Below are positions 25,890-47,019 of a stretch of DNA of 64,000 nucleotides, piece by piece. The DNA is from Eledone cirrhosa (lineage: Eukaryota), in assembly GCA_964016885.1 (NCBI GenBank), contig OZ024740.1:409138001-409202000 (forward strand), written 5' to 3'. The first letter of the stretch is position 1. Each line of letters opens with the position of its first letter. The translations under genes and the position numbers were made by a program. Under the pieces are notes generated by a model that was not told where the DNA came from, did no database searches, and was given only the letters and a program-made list of their open reading frames with translations.

Positions 25890-26700
25890 AAACAATAATA
25901 TATAAAGCATGCACTACTACTGTGTGTGGTCAGAAGTGGTTTGATAAATATATTGAAAACCTTGAGAAAGAAAAACTGACTGTGAAGTCAAAGCAAACAA
26001 GCAAAACTTTCAGATTTGGTGATGGAGTTAGAGTGAAATCTGTATCATGCATATCTATTCCTGCAGTGATAGGTGAAACCAAGTGTAATTTTGTCACAGA
26101 AGTTGTAGACTCAGATATTACCGTGTTACTTCGAAAACCTTTTAAGAAGGCTAAAACTATTCTTGATTTACCAAATCAGACGATGATGTCTGACAAACCT
26201 GTGGTTTTTTTTTTATTTGAGTTCAACTGGTCACTACCGCATAGATATTAGAAGGAAAGACAGAAGACAAGATATTGAAAATCACCTGAATATTTCTGAA
26301 TATTTCAGAATATTTCAGAAGGGTTTTAAGAAAACAGATACATCCCAGTGCTGGAAACTTTGGGACAGGTGACAAGGTATACTTTAAAAGATCTAACAAC
26401 CCAGAATGGAAAGGTTCTGCAACAGTGATAGGACAGAATTGTACAGTAGTATTTGTTAGACAAGGAGTTCTGGTTATGAGAGTACATAAAATGAGATTAA
26501 AGAAATCTGCAGGCAAAGAATGAAAATAAAACCAACACAGAAAGCAAAGAAACAAAACCAACTACAATTCAGAATGAAACAAAGTGATTCTGAAGAAGAA
26601 AATGATCTGTCTAATGATGAAGGAAGACAGTCAAACATGTCTCATATCAGAAGTGGACAGATCATTTGTTATAAAAGTCAAGAGACCAGAGAAAAGATAT
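25890..26700 (+). mobile_element. LTR retrotransposon remnant (protease-like and integrase C-terminal-like pieces)
   Basis: ACTTTVCGQKWFDKY..FRFGDG..IPAVIG..VVDSDI; downstream GDKVYFKR..EWKG.ATVIGQ..VFVRQG..RVH; probably Copia-type (inference). Confidence 0.6.
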
Positions 26701-27064
26701 CAGCAAAAATACTAAGAGACTATTGAAAGTTTTTGAACAAGGAAGCTTGTAGAGTTTAAAGAACTGTTTTAAAGGTTTTCTTTTTTTACGATTTTCATTT
26801 TGGACTTTAATAGTTTATGTTAACATACATATAGGTTTTAATAATTCTGAAACGTTCAAAGAAGGGGGAGATTGTTAACATGGTATAACATGTCAGTTGG
26901 ACTTGTACATTACGATGTTTTGAGAGGAAGTGGGTTACCAGATGTTTTGACTGTTGGTGAAATAAAAAGGGAGTTGGATTATACATAGGGAAGTATTGTG
27001 TGGAAATCTTTTCAAACAATTCTTCTCCATCTGATCACATTCCTCCACACTCATTAGACCTCTT

Positions 27065-27590
27065 TCACCTTCAGATCACTAAGTACAGTCTATCAACACC
27101 ACCCTTCTTATGAAACATACTGTAGGTGGTCATTAATTTCCTTGTCTTTCTAGCCAGTTGTTTTTGCTCATTTACATTCCATATAAGAATTCCCACACTG
27201 CACCTAATAACAGACACAGCTAAAGATTTTACTGCACTTATGGCATTTCTACTATTCAGATGTGATTCAAGTATGTTTCTCACTCTCCTTATGTATTCAA
27301 ATCTTATCTCCATTTTATTGTACTTGATGTTATCTGCCTCCAGAACAGCCATATACCTATATCCCTCTTTGGTGGTGATTTTTATCATCTCACCCATTGG
27401 TACCTTGATTCCTTTGCTTCTCCTCAATTTACCTATCCTTATCACTAGGACTCCACACTTAACACCACATTCTATACATATAACATTGCTGAATATACAG
27501 TGTTAAAAAGTACATCCAACTCCTCGCCCTTCCCAAAGAGTTTTAGGTCGTCTATGAAGGGGTCAAAGTTGATGGTAAGCTCTCCTCTTT
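27065..27590 (-). mobile_element. R4/Dong-like non-LTR RT fragment
   Basis: YRY..VLE, EYIRRVRNILESHLNSRNAISAV, RKTRKLMT...H.KGGVDRLYL. Confidence 0.75.
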
Positions 27591-27737
27591 CCAGTTCATA
27601 TGTTACCTATATCTTTATAAATAAACATTTGATAGGCCTTTGCTATTAATTTTGGAAGCTGATGGCACAAGCAGCAGAGGGTAACTACCAACGATTGCTT
27701 CTGGCTGATGGCCGTTATCAAAGCAATGCTCTCTCTT

Positions 27738-27790
<53 letters not shown>

Positions 27791-28479
27791 CATAGCGGGC
27801 ACACGAGAAGAAGGACGTGTTTTTTGCATGCGGCATATCACAAAATCGGATTTTCATTTGAAGATAACGTTCTCATAACAAAACAGCAACTAATGCATAA
27901 ATTACGTCATATGAGAACTGTTGAAATAATCATTATGAATAAACAAATTATGTAACATCAGCATCTTTCTTAATGTTATTCTTATATATATACACAATGA
28001 TATTAAATAAATGGAAACTATATATTTCAAGGGCAACCAAGACAACTTTGTATTTTATCTGATGAAAGCGCACCAAAGTTTGTTTTATAAAAAAAAGACA
28101 GACCCCTGAAAATCATATCTTATCGGTTGGAAATTCACTGGATAGTGGAAATATATAAGGGATTATTCAAACTTATGTGTGAATATTCAAATGAATATGT
28201 AAATAATTGAAAAACAACCATTTATTGAAATGACACCGGAGAAAGAGGGAGAGAAAAAAAAGAGAGAAAAAAAAGAGAGAAAAAAAAGAGAGAAAAAAAA
28301 GAGAAAAATAAAAAATATTACGAGAGATAGAGAGAAGAAATTAACAAGAGGATGAATAAAACTCATATAACGTAAATTTGGGGAAATATATTCAATGGTA
28401 TGTATATTTACGATTAATTAGTTGTTAAAATTCTTTTCTAATATAAATAATATTTACTGTTATAAGTAGATATAGATAG

Positions 28480-28516
<37 letters not shown>

Positions 28517-28522
<6 letters not shown>

Positions 28523-28858
28523 TTAGTTAAGCAAAACAAGACCACAAATTTCACAAGGAAGGCATTATTAAAAGATTGACAACATATTTTAGTTTGATGT
28601 AAGGAATGTAGAGAATAATAATAATAATAATGTCCGTTTACAATTATTTCGCTACTCCATATAATATTTCTGGATCAAATGATTATAGATCAGTATTGAT
28701 CTGGTTCAGTTGAAAATAATTTACTAAGGTATAATTAGAGCAGCTCATCGGAACTTCAAAAGGAATATAAATTAAAATAAGGAAAGAATGTTACATGAAT
28801 GTAAACAATCGTTTAATAATGTCTTCCTTGTGGTCTTGTGTGGCTTAACTAATGAATA
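28517..28858. mobile_element. MITE-like element with imperfect terminal inverted repeats of about 60-70 bp
   Basis: TATTCATTAGTTAAGC..CAAGACCACAA / TTGTGGTCTTG..GCTTAACTAATGAATA and AGGAAGGCATTATTAAA / TTTAATAATGTCTTCCT. Confidence 0.65.
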
Positions 28859-29321
28859 TTTCCAGCTCTGTGCACCTAACATCTGCATGAACCCAGCCAC
28901 CTAGCTGTCTTCTACTGCATATTGCACATTGAGCACATGCCTTTACGCTTTGGCTTCTAACTAATTCACCAATCTCTCTTCTCCTCTCATATCTCCATCT
29001 TTAAGATTGGTTACTCTTGAACTATATATATATATAAACAAGTAGATCGATCACTTAAAAGACCATAGATTGTTTATATTTGTTCTGTGTCAACAAACGA
29101 TTAGAAATTCAGAGAATTTCTAACGGAAAAGTATAGTTCATCAGATAGTCCTATAGGATGGAAATAGCTAAGTCCCACGGTCTGCAAATATAATGCCAAC
29201 TACCAGCTCGTATGAGTTATGGCCGTTAAAGTGACCCACACGTGAACTGGCCGCTAGTGAAAGCGGGAATATTACAGACGTGTTCTCTATGGGTACTTAG
29301 TACTCAGAGAGATATTTACCT

Positions 29322-29327
<6 letters not shown>

Positions 29328-29364
<37 letters not shown>

Positions 29365-29377
29365 TATATATATATAT

Positions 29378-29420
<43 letters not shown>

Positions 29421-30963
29421 TATATATATATAAAATTATATATATATATATATAAAATTATATATATATATATATAAAATTATATATATATATATATAAA
29501 ATTATATAATATATATATAAAATTATATAATATATATATAAAATTATATAATATATATATAAAATTATATAATATATATATAAAATTATATATATATATA
29601 TAAAATTATATATATATATATATAAAATTATATAATATATAATATAATTTAGAGTTTACACCAATGGGGTCATTTACAATTATTTTCTCTAAGGAACATT
29701 TCTGAGCAGTATAAATTAATATATGATAAACACTTACGTGTTTTTATTGTAATTGACAATAAAATAGCTAGAATCAAATATCTTAATTCAAATACATATA
29801 GTCTGCCTGTGTCGATCTAAAAAATAATAAATCAATACTCACAAACACATATCGGCAAAAGGCCTTGGTACCTAGACAAGTTTAAATTTCAAAATTCAAA
29901 CTTTTTCCGCAGATCAGTCCGAATTTCAAAATTTAAACATGTTTCACAAAGGATGGTATAATAGTGAAATAATTAATTAATTAGTAGTGAAATAATTAAT
30001 TTTCTGTGTTTATCAATAGGTACCCAGATAAATTAAATAACTTCACATCGGAAAAATATCTAAGGTCTGGTTAACGTAGCGAAAATACACGAGGTTTTGC
30101 ACACGAATTATTCCAGTCCTCTAGCCTCCCATACTCATAGTGCTAGAAATAACAGCCGTTTATATGGGATTACAAATTCAGCTCAACTATATATATATAT
30201 ATATAAAATTATATATATATATATATATAAAATTATATTGGTAAACGGAATAGAAAATGCTAACAAATTGTTCACAGTTGAAAAATGGTTTAATTAGAAA
30301 TAAAAGAGTATTAGTAATTGTATGGGTTAGTATTCAGTTGTGGTTTTAAGTTTTTAAGTTTTTACCGGTTGCGCATTTTTAAATGCTTTTCAAAAATAAT
30401 TTTGAGACAGAGTGTCCGTGCTGTTTGCTCTGATCTGATTAGTTTTGGGAATTCTACCTGTTTTTATGTTAAAAAAGTGGCTCCAGCACTACTTGGTGTT
30501 TGCAAAAATTCTTGTGGTCAAAACAATTTTGATTGGTCGGTAGAGGTCATGTGAATAAAAAATTGGTTTTGCGCCAACATTGAGAAATGACTCTTTCACA
30601 ACAAATATATGCGTGTGTGTGTGTGTGTGTGTGTAGTAGTAGTAGTAAGGTGTTCGATGTGATAATGGTTAGCAGGGATGTGTGTCAAATGGCTATTAAG
30701 ATAAGTGTGTGTGTGTGTGTAGTAGTAGTAGTAGTAAGGTGTTCGATGTGATAATGGTTAGCAGGGATGTGTGTCAAATGGCTATTGAGATAAGTGTGTG
30801 TGTGTGTGTGTGTGTGTATGTGTTTAGCAGAGTAATTCGTGGTAGCAGGGAAGGTCAGTAAGAATGTGTCTGTAAGCAATGGGTGGTATTTTAGCATGTC
30901 AAAAGATATTTTTCAGCTTTTGTCTTATATATAAAATTATATATATATATATATATATAAAAT

Positions 30964-31041
<78 letters not shown>

Positions 31042-34000
31042 TATATATATATATATATAAAATTATATATATATATATATATAAAATTATATATATATAT
31101 AAATTTGCAATTTGGGTTTGTACCAGGGAAAGGCACCACTGATGCGCTCTTCCTTGTGAGGCAATTACAGGAAAAGTACCTAGCTAAAAGTAAGCCACTC
31201 TACTTGGCATTTGTCGACCTTGAGAAAGCCTTTGACAGAGTTCCACGTGCAGTAATCTGGTGGGCTCTTAGAAAACTAGGAGTAGATGAATGGCTTGTGA
31301 AAGCGGTACAAGCCATGTATAGGGGAGCAGTCAGCAAAGTTAGGATTGGCAATGAGTATAGCGAGGAATTTAGCGTACAGGTTGGGGTCCACCAGGGCTC
31401 TGTTCTTAGCCCTCTCCTGTTCATCATAGTCCTGCAGGCAATAACGGAGGAGTTTAAGACCGGATGCCCATGGGAACTCCTGTATGCTGATGACCTCGCA
31501 CTCATAGCTGAATCTATGGTAGAACTAGAGAATAAATTCCAAACCTGGAAGCAGGGACTAGAGAGAAAGGGCCTCAAAGTCAACATGACAAAGACTAAGG
31601 TCCTTATAAGTAGACGAGAAAACAGAACCCAGATCCCCTCAGGGAAATGGCCTTGCTCAGTATGTAGGAAAGGTGTAGGTAGGAACTCCATTCTTTGCCC
31701 CAAATGCAAACAATGGGTACACAAGAGATGTAGCGGGATCTCAGGAAGCTTAATTAAGAATGTAGGATTCACATGCAGCAGCTGTGCTGAAACAGCAAGC
31801 AAACAGCCACAGGAAACAAGTACCACCAATCTCTGGGAGGGCCCTGTAGAAACAGTAGACAGCTTCTGCTACCTAGGTGACCGAATTAGCAACGGAGGTG
31901 GGTGCTCAGAAAGTACAATAACTAGGGTAAGAACGGGATGGAAGAAGTTTAGGGAACTACTACCACTGCTAGCTGCAAAAGGCTTCTCCCTCAGAATGAA
32001 AGGCAGACTGTATGATGCGTGTATCCGAACAGCGATGTTGCATGGTAGTGAGACCTGGGCGCTGAAGGTGGAAGACCTACGTAGATTAGAGAGAAACGAA
32101 GCCTGCATGCTCCGATGGATGTGTAACAGTAATATACGTGAACGACAAAGCATAAATGAATTGAGAGAGAGACTGAGCATAAGAGGAATCAAATGCTGCG
32201 TGCAGGAGAGGCGGTTACGCTGGTATGGACATGTGATGCGTATGAAGGATGACAGCTGCATAAAAAGGTGCAGAGCACTAGAAGTTGATGGAAACCGCGG
32301 AGTGGGGAGACCCAAGATGACTTGGGATGAGGTGATAAAAGCCGACCTTACCCAACTACACCTCTCAAAGTCAATGACACACGACCGTGACTTCTGGCGT
32401 CACGCAGTAATACAGGGTACCCGACCTCCCATGGGTACATGCTGAAGCATATAAACAATATGCGCCCCCCCCCCCCCCCCACCGCAAGGTGGTCGTGGAG
32501 GTGCCACGGCAAAAAAGCACCCAGCCCACACTGTAAAGTGGACGTGTAGGCGCCACGAAAAAGCACCCAGCACTCACTGTAAATGAGGTTGGTGTTAGGA
32601 AGGGCATCCAGCTGTAGAAATCAAGCCAGATCAGTTCCTGTATGAGCAAGGCATGGTCAGCCGACCAGACACTGCCCACAACAGGACAACCTGTCTAACC
32701 CATGCTAGCGTGGAAGAACGGACGTAAAACGGTGATGATGATGATGATGAAATAAAATTATATATATATATATATAAAATTATATATATATATAAAATTA
32801 TATATATATATATATAAAATTATATATATATATATATAAAATTATATTTATATATATATAAAATTATATATATAAAATATATATATATATAAAATTATAT
32901 ATATAAAATTATATATATAAAATTATATATATATATATATATAAAATTATATATATATATATAAAATTATATATAATATATAAAATTATATATATATATA
33001 TAAAATTATATATATATATATAAAATTATATATATATATATATAAAATTATATATATATATATAAAATTATATATATATATATATAAAATTATATATATA
33101 TATATAAAATTATATATATATATATATAAAATTATATATATATATATAAAATTATATATATATATATAAAATTATATATATATATAAATAAAATTATATA
33201 TATATATAAATAAAATTATATATATATATATATAAATAAAATTATATATATATATATATAAATAAAATTATATATATATATATAAATAAAATTATATATA
33301 TATATATAAATAAAATTATATATATATATATATATAAATAAAATTATATATATATATATATATAAATAAAATTATATATATATATATATATAAATAAAAT
33401 TATATATATATATATACATAAATAAAATTATATATATATATATAAATAAAATTATATATGTATGTAATTAAAATTATATATATATGTATGTAATTAAAAT
33501 TATATATATATATATATAAATAAAATTATATATATATGTATGTAATTAAAATTATATATATATGTATGTAATTAAAATTATATATATATGTATATAATTA
33601 AAATTATATATATATGATTAAGTTAAAAATGTACATCCACATACTGAAATACTAGTATGCATATGAATACACACACGTATACATATGTAGATGTACCGAG
33701 TTTTTCACTGGTCACTTTACTGTGAGTGTCCAGCTATTCTGTATGTAAACACACAGACAAACCGGTTTTTAGAGTCATACTGGTTTTTTGAGGAAACACC
33801 TTTCCTCTATTCTCCAGAAAGCCAGACAAGGAATATTGAACTAGTTTCGTTGTTGTTACAACTCATCAGCAATATTTACCTATCTTCCGGCCTTTCTAGA
33901 GAATCGTAAAAGCACATATCGTTATATGCTTTTTCTATGAAAATTAGTAGTGGGCAGACTAATTTGCATAGAGCGTGAGTACGTACCGGTTCAACGGAGA

Positions 34001-34801
34001 CGATAAAAACAAATAACGAAACGAAATTAAATTTCGTTTCGTTTGTAACTCACTTTTGTATGACTGACGCTTAAACAATTAAGTTAAAAATGTACATCCA
34101 CATATGTATACTGAAATACTAGTATGCATATGAATACACACACGTATACATATGTAGATGTACCGAGTTTTTCACTGGTCACTTTACTGTGTGTTTACAT
34201 ACAGAATAGCTGTAAATAGCTATAAAATTATATATATATATATATAAAATTATATATATATATATAAAATTATATATATATATATAATATTATATATATA
34301 TATATAATATTATATATATATGTATAAAATTATATATATATATATAAAATTATATATATATATATAAAATTATATATATATATATATAAAATTATATATA
34401 TATATATAAAATTATATATATATATATAAAAAATTTTATATATATATATATAAAAAATTATATATATATAAAATTATATATATATATATATAAAATTATA
34501 TATATATATATATAAAATTATATATATATATATATATAAAATTATATATATATATATATATAAAATTATATATATATATATAAAATTATATATATATATA
34601 TAAAATTATATATATATATATATAAAATTATATATATATATATATATAAAATTATATATATATATATAAAATTATATATATATATATATATAAAATTATA
34701 TATATATATATATATATAAAATTATATATATATATATAAAATTATATATATATATATATAAAATTATATATATATATATATAAAATTATATATATATATA
34801 T

Positions 34802-34854
<53 letters not shown>

Positions 34855-35130
34855 TATATATATATAAAATTATATATATATATATATATAAAATTATATA
34901 TATATATATATCTATAAATATATATATATATATATTTCCACACACCCTCTGAACTCTCTTCCTAACCTATTTACTCATGAAGATGAGACTATGCCCGAAA
35001 CGTAGTTCCCCACCCCCCACTCTCAAAAGCGTGAACCTAATAAACCTTTATTTGTTTGCCTCTCTGTTTTGTTCCCGTACAAATTAGCACTATATATATA
35101 TATATAAAATTATATATATATATATATATT
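29328..35130. repeat. Compound (TA)n-AAAATT satellite, interrupted by several insertions
   Basis: Recurrent TATAAAATTATA units at 29328-29645, 30188-30237, 30926-31104, 32751-33615, 34221-34935 and 35091-35128. Confidence 0.93.
31105..32750 (+). mobile_element. RTE-clade LINE, 5'-truncated, uninterrupted 446-aa ORF (probably young)
   Basis: QFGF..DLEKAFDRV..QGSVLSPLLF..YADD..PHD..FCYLG..LRWYGHV..GRPKMTW with no stops; 3'UTR and (GAT)n tail. Confidence 0.95.
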
Positions 35131-35334
35131 GTTATACTTGGGGAGGGTCATATTTTGTAATTATATTGCCAGAATTAATAACAGAACACACTCACTGTTT
35201 GGTTAGTTTTCGCTTCTGTATCTTTTATATCAGCTAATTTATTAGGTCCTCAATGCTAACCATTGACTGACCAACGGTCAAAAATACAGATATAATATAG
35301 ACACAAACACATATATAGTCTAACAAATTCTTTC

Positions 35335-36582
<1,248 letters not shown>

Positions 36583-37224
36583 TTTATCATTTATTTTGTC
36601 TGACCTGTTTAGCTTGACTTGTTTTTTGGCTTAGGTGGTTAATGCCTTCTTGACCGCCTTCTCAGTTTGTATGGCGTTTATAACCTATGTTTATAGCTCT
36701 GGTTTTTTAAGCCATTGGAGCGCTTGCCAGCATGACTCGGAATTTGCGTTACGTTTCGCTTTTTCTACCCGCCGAAATGCGGTTCTCACTGAATTTATAT
36801 ACATATATATATATATATATATATAAACATACACACATACGTACACACTCACATACATAGAAACATAAAAAAAACTATACACACAGGCATGTAGACACAC
36901 TTACGCACACTCATTCAACACACACACACAACCATCCCCACGCCACCACCCCCGGCCGGAACTTCCACCCACCTCCTCCTACTTATCTTTCTCCTCCCAA
37001 CTCTCTTTCTTCTTATTTCTTCTCCTAACCTTCTCACATTACTCATACGTCTATCTGTTCTCTCCTTATCTCGACTTTCCTGAAGAAGGACTTGTGTCTG
37101 AAACGTTTAAACCTCCCCTCCTTCCTCCAAGCGTGAACCTAATATATATCTGTGTTATTTCGCTTCCTGTGTTTTGTTTTGTTTCCGTTCGTTGTCTTGT
37201 CGTTTCTTTGTTAATTTTCTTAAG

Positions 37225-37272
<48 letters not shown>

Positions 37273-37303
37273 CAATATGTCAATATTTATAAAACAAACT
37301 TTG

Positions 37304-37363
37304 TATTTTATCTGATGAGAGCGTACCAAAGTTTTGGTACCCTGAAATATATATAATAGAATA
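37304..37363 (+). ncRNA. Type I hammerhead ribozyme
   Basis: TATTTTAT-CTGATGA-stem II GTACCAAA/TTTGGTAC-GAAA-TATATA-TA-ATAGAATA; same family as 7179-7244. Confidence 0.75.
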
Positions 37364-37402
37364 AATATGGTTTTATAAATGTAGTTTCTATTTATTTAAT
37401 AT

Positions 37403-37470
<68 letters not shown>

Positions 37471-37744
37471 TCCGAAGAGATTGTTTTGGTAAAAGCAGGA
37501 GTAAGCAGGAGAAAGCACCTAACATACGTAGTTTGTAGTTACGATGGAGATTAGTATAAAAATGACAAATAAAAAAAAAACAAAAAAAAAAACAAGTTGG
37601 TGATGTTACATAAATCGTTTAATCATTATAATTATTTCTACGGTTCTCTCATGCAATCAAGATGTCCTTCATGCATTTGTTGTTGTTATAAGAACGGTAT
37701 CCTCAGATGAAATCCGATTTAGTGATATGCTGCCGGCAGGAAAA

Positions 37745-43790
<6,046 letters not shown>

Positions 43791-44503
43791 CTTTGTGGTT
43801 CGCCAATGGCTCGAACTGGTCATTTCGTTTAATTAACCATGATGAAATAGTAGCAGAAGCACTCTATATTACGCAACTCATCCACATTTTATATTAAATA
43901 CCGTGGCTGGTGCATGGAGTTAAGTATTAATTAAAACACAGGAGGCTGGGCTGGTAATATTGGTTTAAAGTCTTATTGTTGCAAAACACACTATATATAT
44001 TTATATGTGGCCTTGTTACGTAAGATCCTGGCGATGTTATCAGGTACAGATTGCATAATTAGTTAATCAATAAATGAATTACGGTAAACACAAGCAGAGA
44101 ATAGAGAAAATATTTGATTTAAACAACAACGGAAGGCCGGACTGGAAAATTTGTTTTAGAATTTTCATTCATACATATTTCGATAACCTAGCTCCATCAT
44201 TCAATTACGATGTAAGACAGGGCGATCTCATCAGGTGTCATCCACAGAATTACTTAACATGGTTACGCTGAACCCAAACATGGAAGATAGGGAAAAAGAA
44301 AATTGAAAATTCGATTCCGCGACCGCTTGTAAAAAGCTGTTATGCTGGTATCAGGCGGTACCCGAATCAGACACACACACAACACACACATATATATATA
44401 TATCAATATATATAAGTATGTATACGTTCTAGGCTGCTCAGCCGTTAATATGCATAAGGAAAGTATATACTTTCAGACGTTCAATCATCTGGCAGGAAGG
44501 TAT

Positions 44504-44546
44504 ACGGTGCTGACGATAGCTAATAAGCTTGAAACTAGTACATCGT
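44504..44546 (+). ncRNA. Minimal type I hammerhead ribozyme
   Basis: ACGGTG-CTGACGA-TAGC TAATAA GCTT-GAAA-CTAG-TA-CATCGT; 6-bp stem I with one G-U, canonical core, GUA triplet. Confidence 0.8.
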
Positions 44547-45123
44547 TCCTTTGTCAGTGTTGAACAAAAGGGCAACGATGGTTGCTAAACACTGTACGGC
44601 TTAATTCGGGATGTTTGTTTACAAACACACCGTGCATTATAATAAATGTTCGGTGAATCCATACGTACATATATATATGTGTGCATGTATGTATATATAT
44701 ACATACTACTGTACGTCTGTATACATATATGTATGTACGTATACATACTTATATTTAAGTAACAGCCGTACTAAGAGTGAGAAATGAAATTTCGTTTCAT
44801 TTTTTCCGTCTATCAATATATATATATATCTATTAAATTAATATGGCCTCGAATTTATACACACACACACACACATATATATATATACACACACAGAAGT
44901 GCACTAAGGAACCGAAGTGTATGAATGAAGCTACATTTGTGTATATAAAGTGGATAATCAAGACTCCACCAATGTATGTATAAATATACACATTTGTGTA
45001 TATATATACATACAATGTGTGTATGTGTATATATATACAATGTATAAATATACACATTTTTAATGCGTAGACGTCTCAACAGGCCATTTCCTTGTAAACT
45101 GCAAGAAAAAAAAAAATGATAAA

Positions 45124-45170
45124 CACCTTCAATCGATTTTCTGACCTTGTTGGGTCCTCTTCAGAAGGCG
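45124..45170 (-). ncRNA. Degenerate type I hammerhead (G at cleavage position 17)
   Basis: Minus strand CGCCTT-CTGAAGA-GGACC CAACAA GGTCA-GAAA-ATCGAT-TG-AAGGTG. Confidence 0.6.
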
Positions 45171-45186
45171 TGTATATCATGTAAAC

Positions 45187-45420
45187 CAGGCATGTCAAAC
45201 TGAGGGTCCCTCGAGTGCCCCATACGAGTTGTCTGAGGGCCACATGGTCACATATGAGTTGTCTGAGGGCCACACATGACAAATAATTGCGCACATTACA
45301 ACTAATATTTTCTTTAATTTTATATTACGCTCGCGCTGTAAAAACCTTTGCGCAGGCCGCAGGTGTGTTTGTAAAGGGCCGCAGGTGTGTTTGTAAAGGG
45401 CCGCATGTTTGACATGCCTG
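45187..45420. mobile_element. hAT-type MITE
   Basis: 14-bp TIR CAGGCATGTCAAAC/GTTTGACATGCCTG; 8-bp TSD ATGTAAAC/ATCTAAAC; subterminal GGGCC repeats. Confidence 0.85.
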
Positions 45421-45703
45421 ATCTAAACAACCACAAGGAAACATGTATTTGATGGGCTTATATTTCCATTCGCACTCAGTAGTCTTTTGAGTTGCTGCTC
45501 GGTACAGCTTTCGAGTAATTGTCAGACAAATATTCGGAATCCACCGACGGTTTCCCCCCAAACTACCAAAACACAACTATTTGTATATGCGCTACAATTT
45601 ATATACATGTTATGTTTATCGCATATCGAAGTTGTTTATAGCTTGGTTGATATTTGACAATAACAGCTAAACTAAATTGACCAAATTTATACAGAATTCA
45701 GAA

Positions 45704-45757
<54 letters not shown>

Positions 45758-45764
45758 TTCAGAA

Positions 45765-45812
<48 letters not shown>

Positions 45813-45877
45813 TCAGAAATGTATATATATATATATATATATAAATATAAAACAGAGAGAGAGAAAACTAAACTTAC

Positions 45878-45988
45878 CTTAGCTGTTTCTTCCGAAAGGG
45901 AAATGCCAAAGTTTCCTTTTATAAACTCTATGAATTCTGAGATAGACAATCCATCTCCTGTACTGTCAAATTCACCAAAGCCAGCCAT
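45878..45988 (-). CDS. EF-hand Ca2+-binding (calmodulin-like) protein, coding exon 1 ([37 protein letters not shown])
   Basis: ATG in AAACATGG context; 111 nt = 37 codons ending AAG|GTAAGT (phase-0 donor); EF-hand-like loop [12 protein letters not shown]; joins in frame to the phase-0 exon at 24009. Confidence 0.75.
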
Positions 45989-47019
45989 GTTTAACGTTTG
46001 CTTTTCTTGATATTGAAAAGTAGAAAAATAGATGTTTATCAGAATAGTTCTGTATTAGAAATATTCGACTGCTACGTTCAAATTAGCCTCCTCTTTTAAG
46101 TAACTCGGTTACTTTTGACAACTCTTTAAATAGGTGTGAATGGGCGCAACACCGCTATTTATGTGTATGAATTCATGTGAATGTGTGCGCGCGCATGTTT
46201 GTGTATAAACAAACTCTGTGCCTATGGGAGGAGTATGCCTGTGTATTGTGTATTGTGTTTTACCTGTATGTCAGTGTGTTTGTGTGTGTGTATGTCTGTG
46301 TCTATGTCTGTATGTGTATGTCTGTGTGTGCCTATGCAGTGTTTTTCTCCCTTTCTCTCTCATAATCTCTACGATCCTCCCACAGGCTTTATATATATTT
46401 CCATAAATATATCTCTGTGCGCACGTAAAGCACACACACACAAACATATATACATATCCACCCCCACATACACATACATACACACATACATACACACACT
46501 CACACTCACACTCATAATACGATAATAAGATACTAATAACAGGGAGGTGTACACGTTTATATGACAAACCCCAGGTGTATGAAAGAAGTTTGTCGAAGTA
46601 TTAAACTTTAGTTTCATATATGGAGTGTAAGAGTGCGTTAATGCTTCAGACATATACTCACTCCCCTACACTTTTCTTGCTTAGGCACACAATATACTGC
46701 AAGCTCCGTTCTCCCTCTCTTCACTTCGATCTCTCTTATATCGATACTTTTCTATTTTCTTATTTCTCCTTTCCAATCTGTATATCCTTTTCCCCCTTCT
46801 TTCCTCTTCGCTCAATTCTCTATCTAACAAATATCACGACAGGAACCGTCTGTTCTGTTTCGTGATTCTTCTTGCTCTCGGGATCCTGGTGGATAAACAG
46901 GACTCAGTTCCCTTCTCCGGATCCTGGTGGTTGTGTGTGTGTGACAGCTCACACCTATGCAGGTTTAGCTGGCCTCCTCCAAGGTATATCTCGTTGGAGG
47001 TGTCTTGGGTGATTTTAAT

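Noticed and set aside
46120-46165. TATA-like motifs (TATTTAAA, CATAAATA) upstream of the EF-hand ATG
   Set aside because: Too common in AT-rich DNA; transcription start and any non-coding exon are unknown
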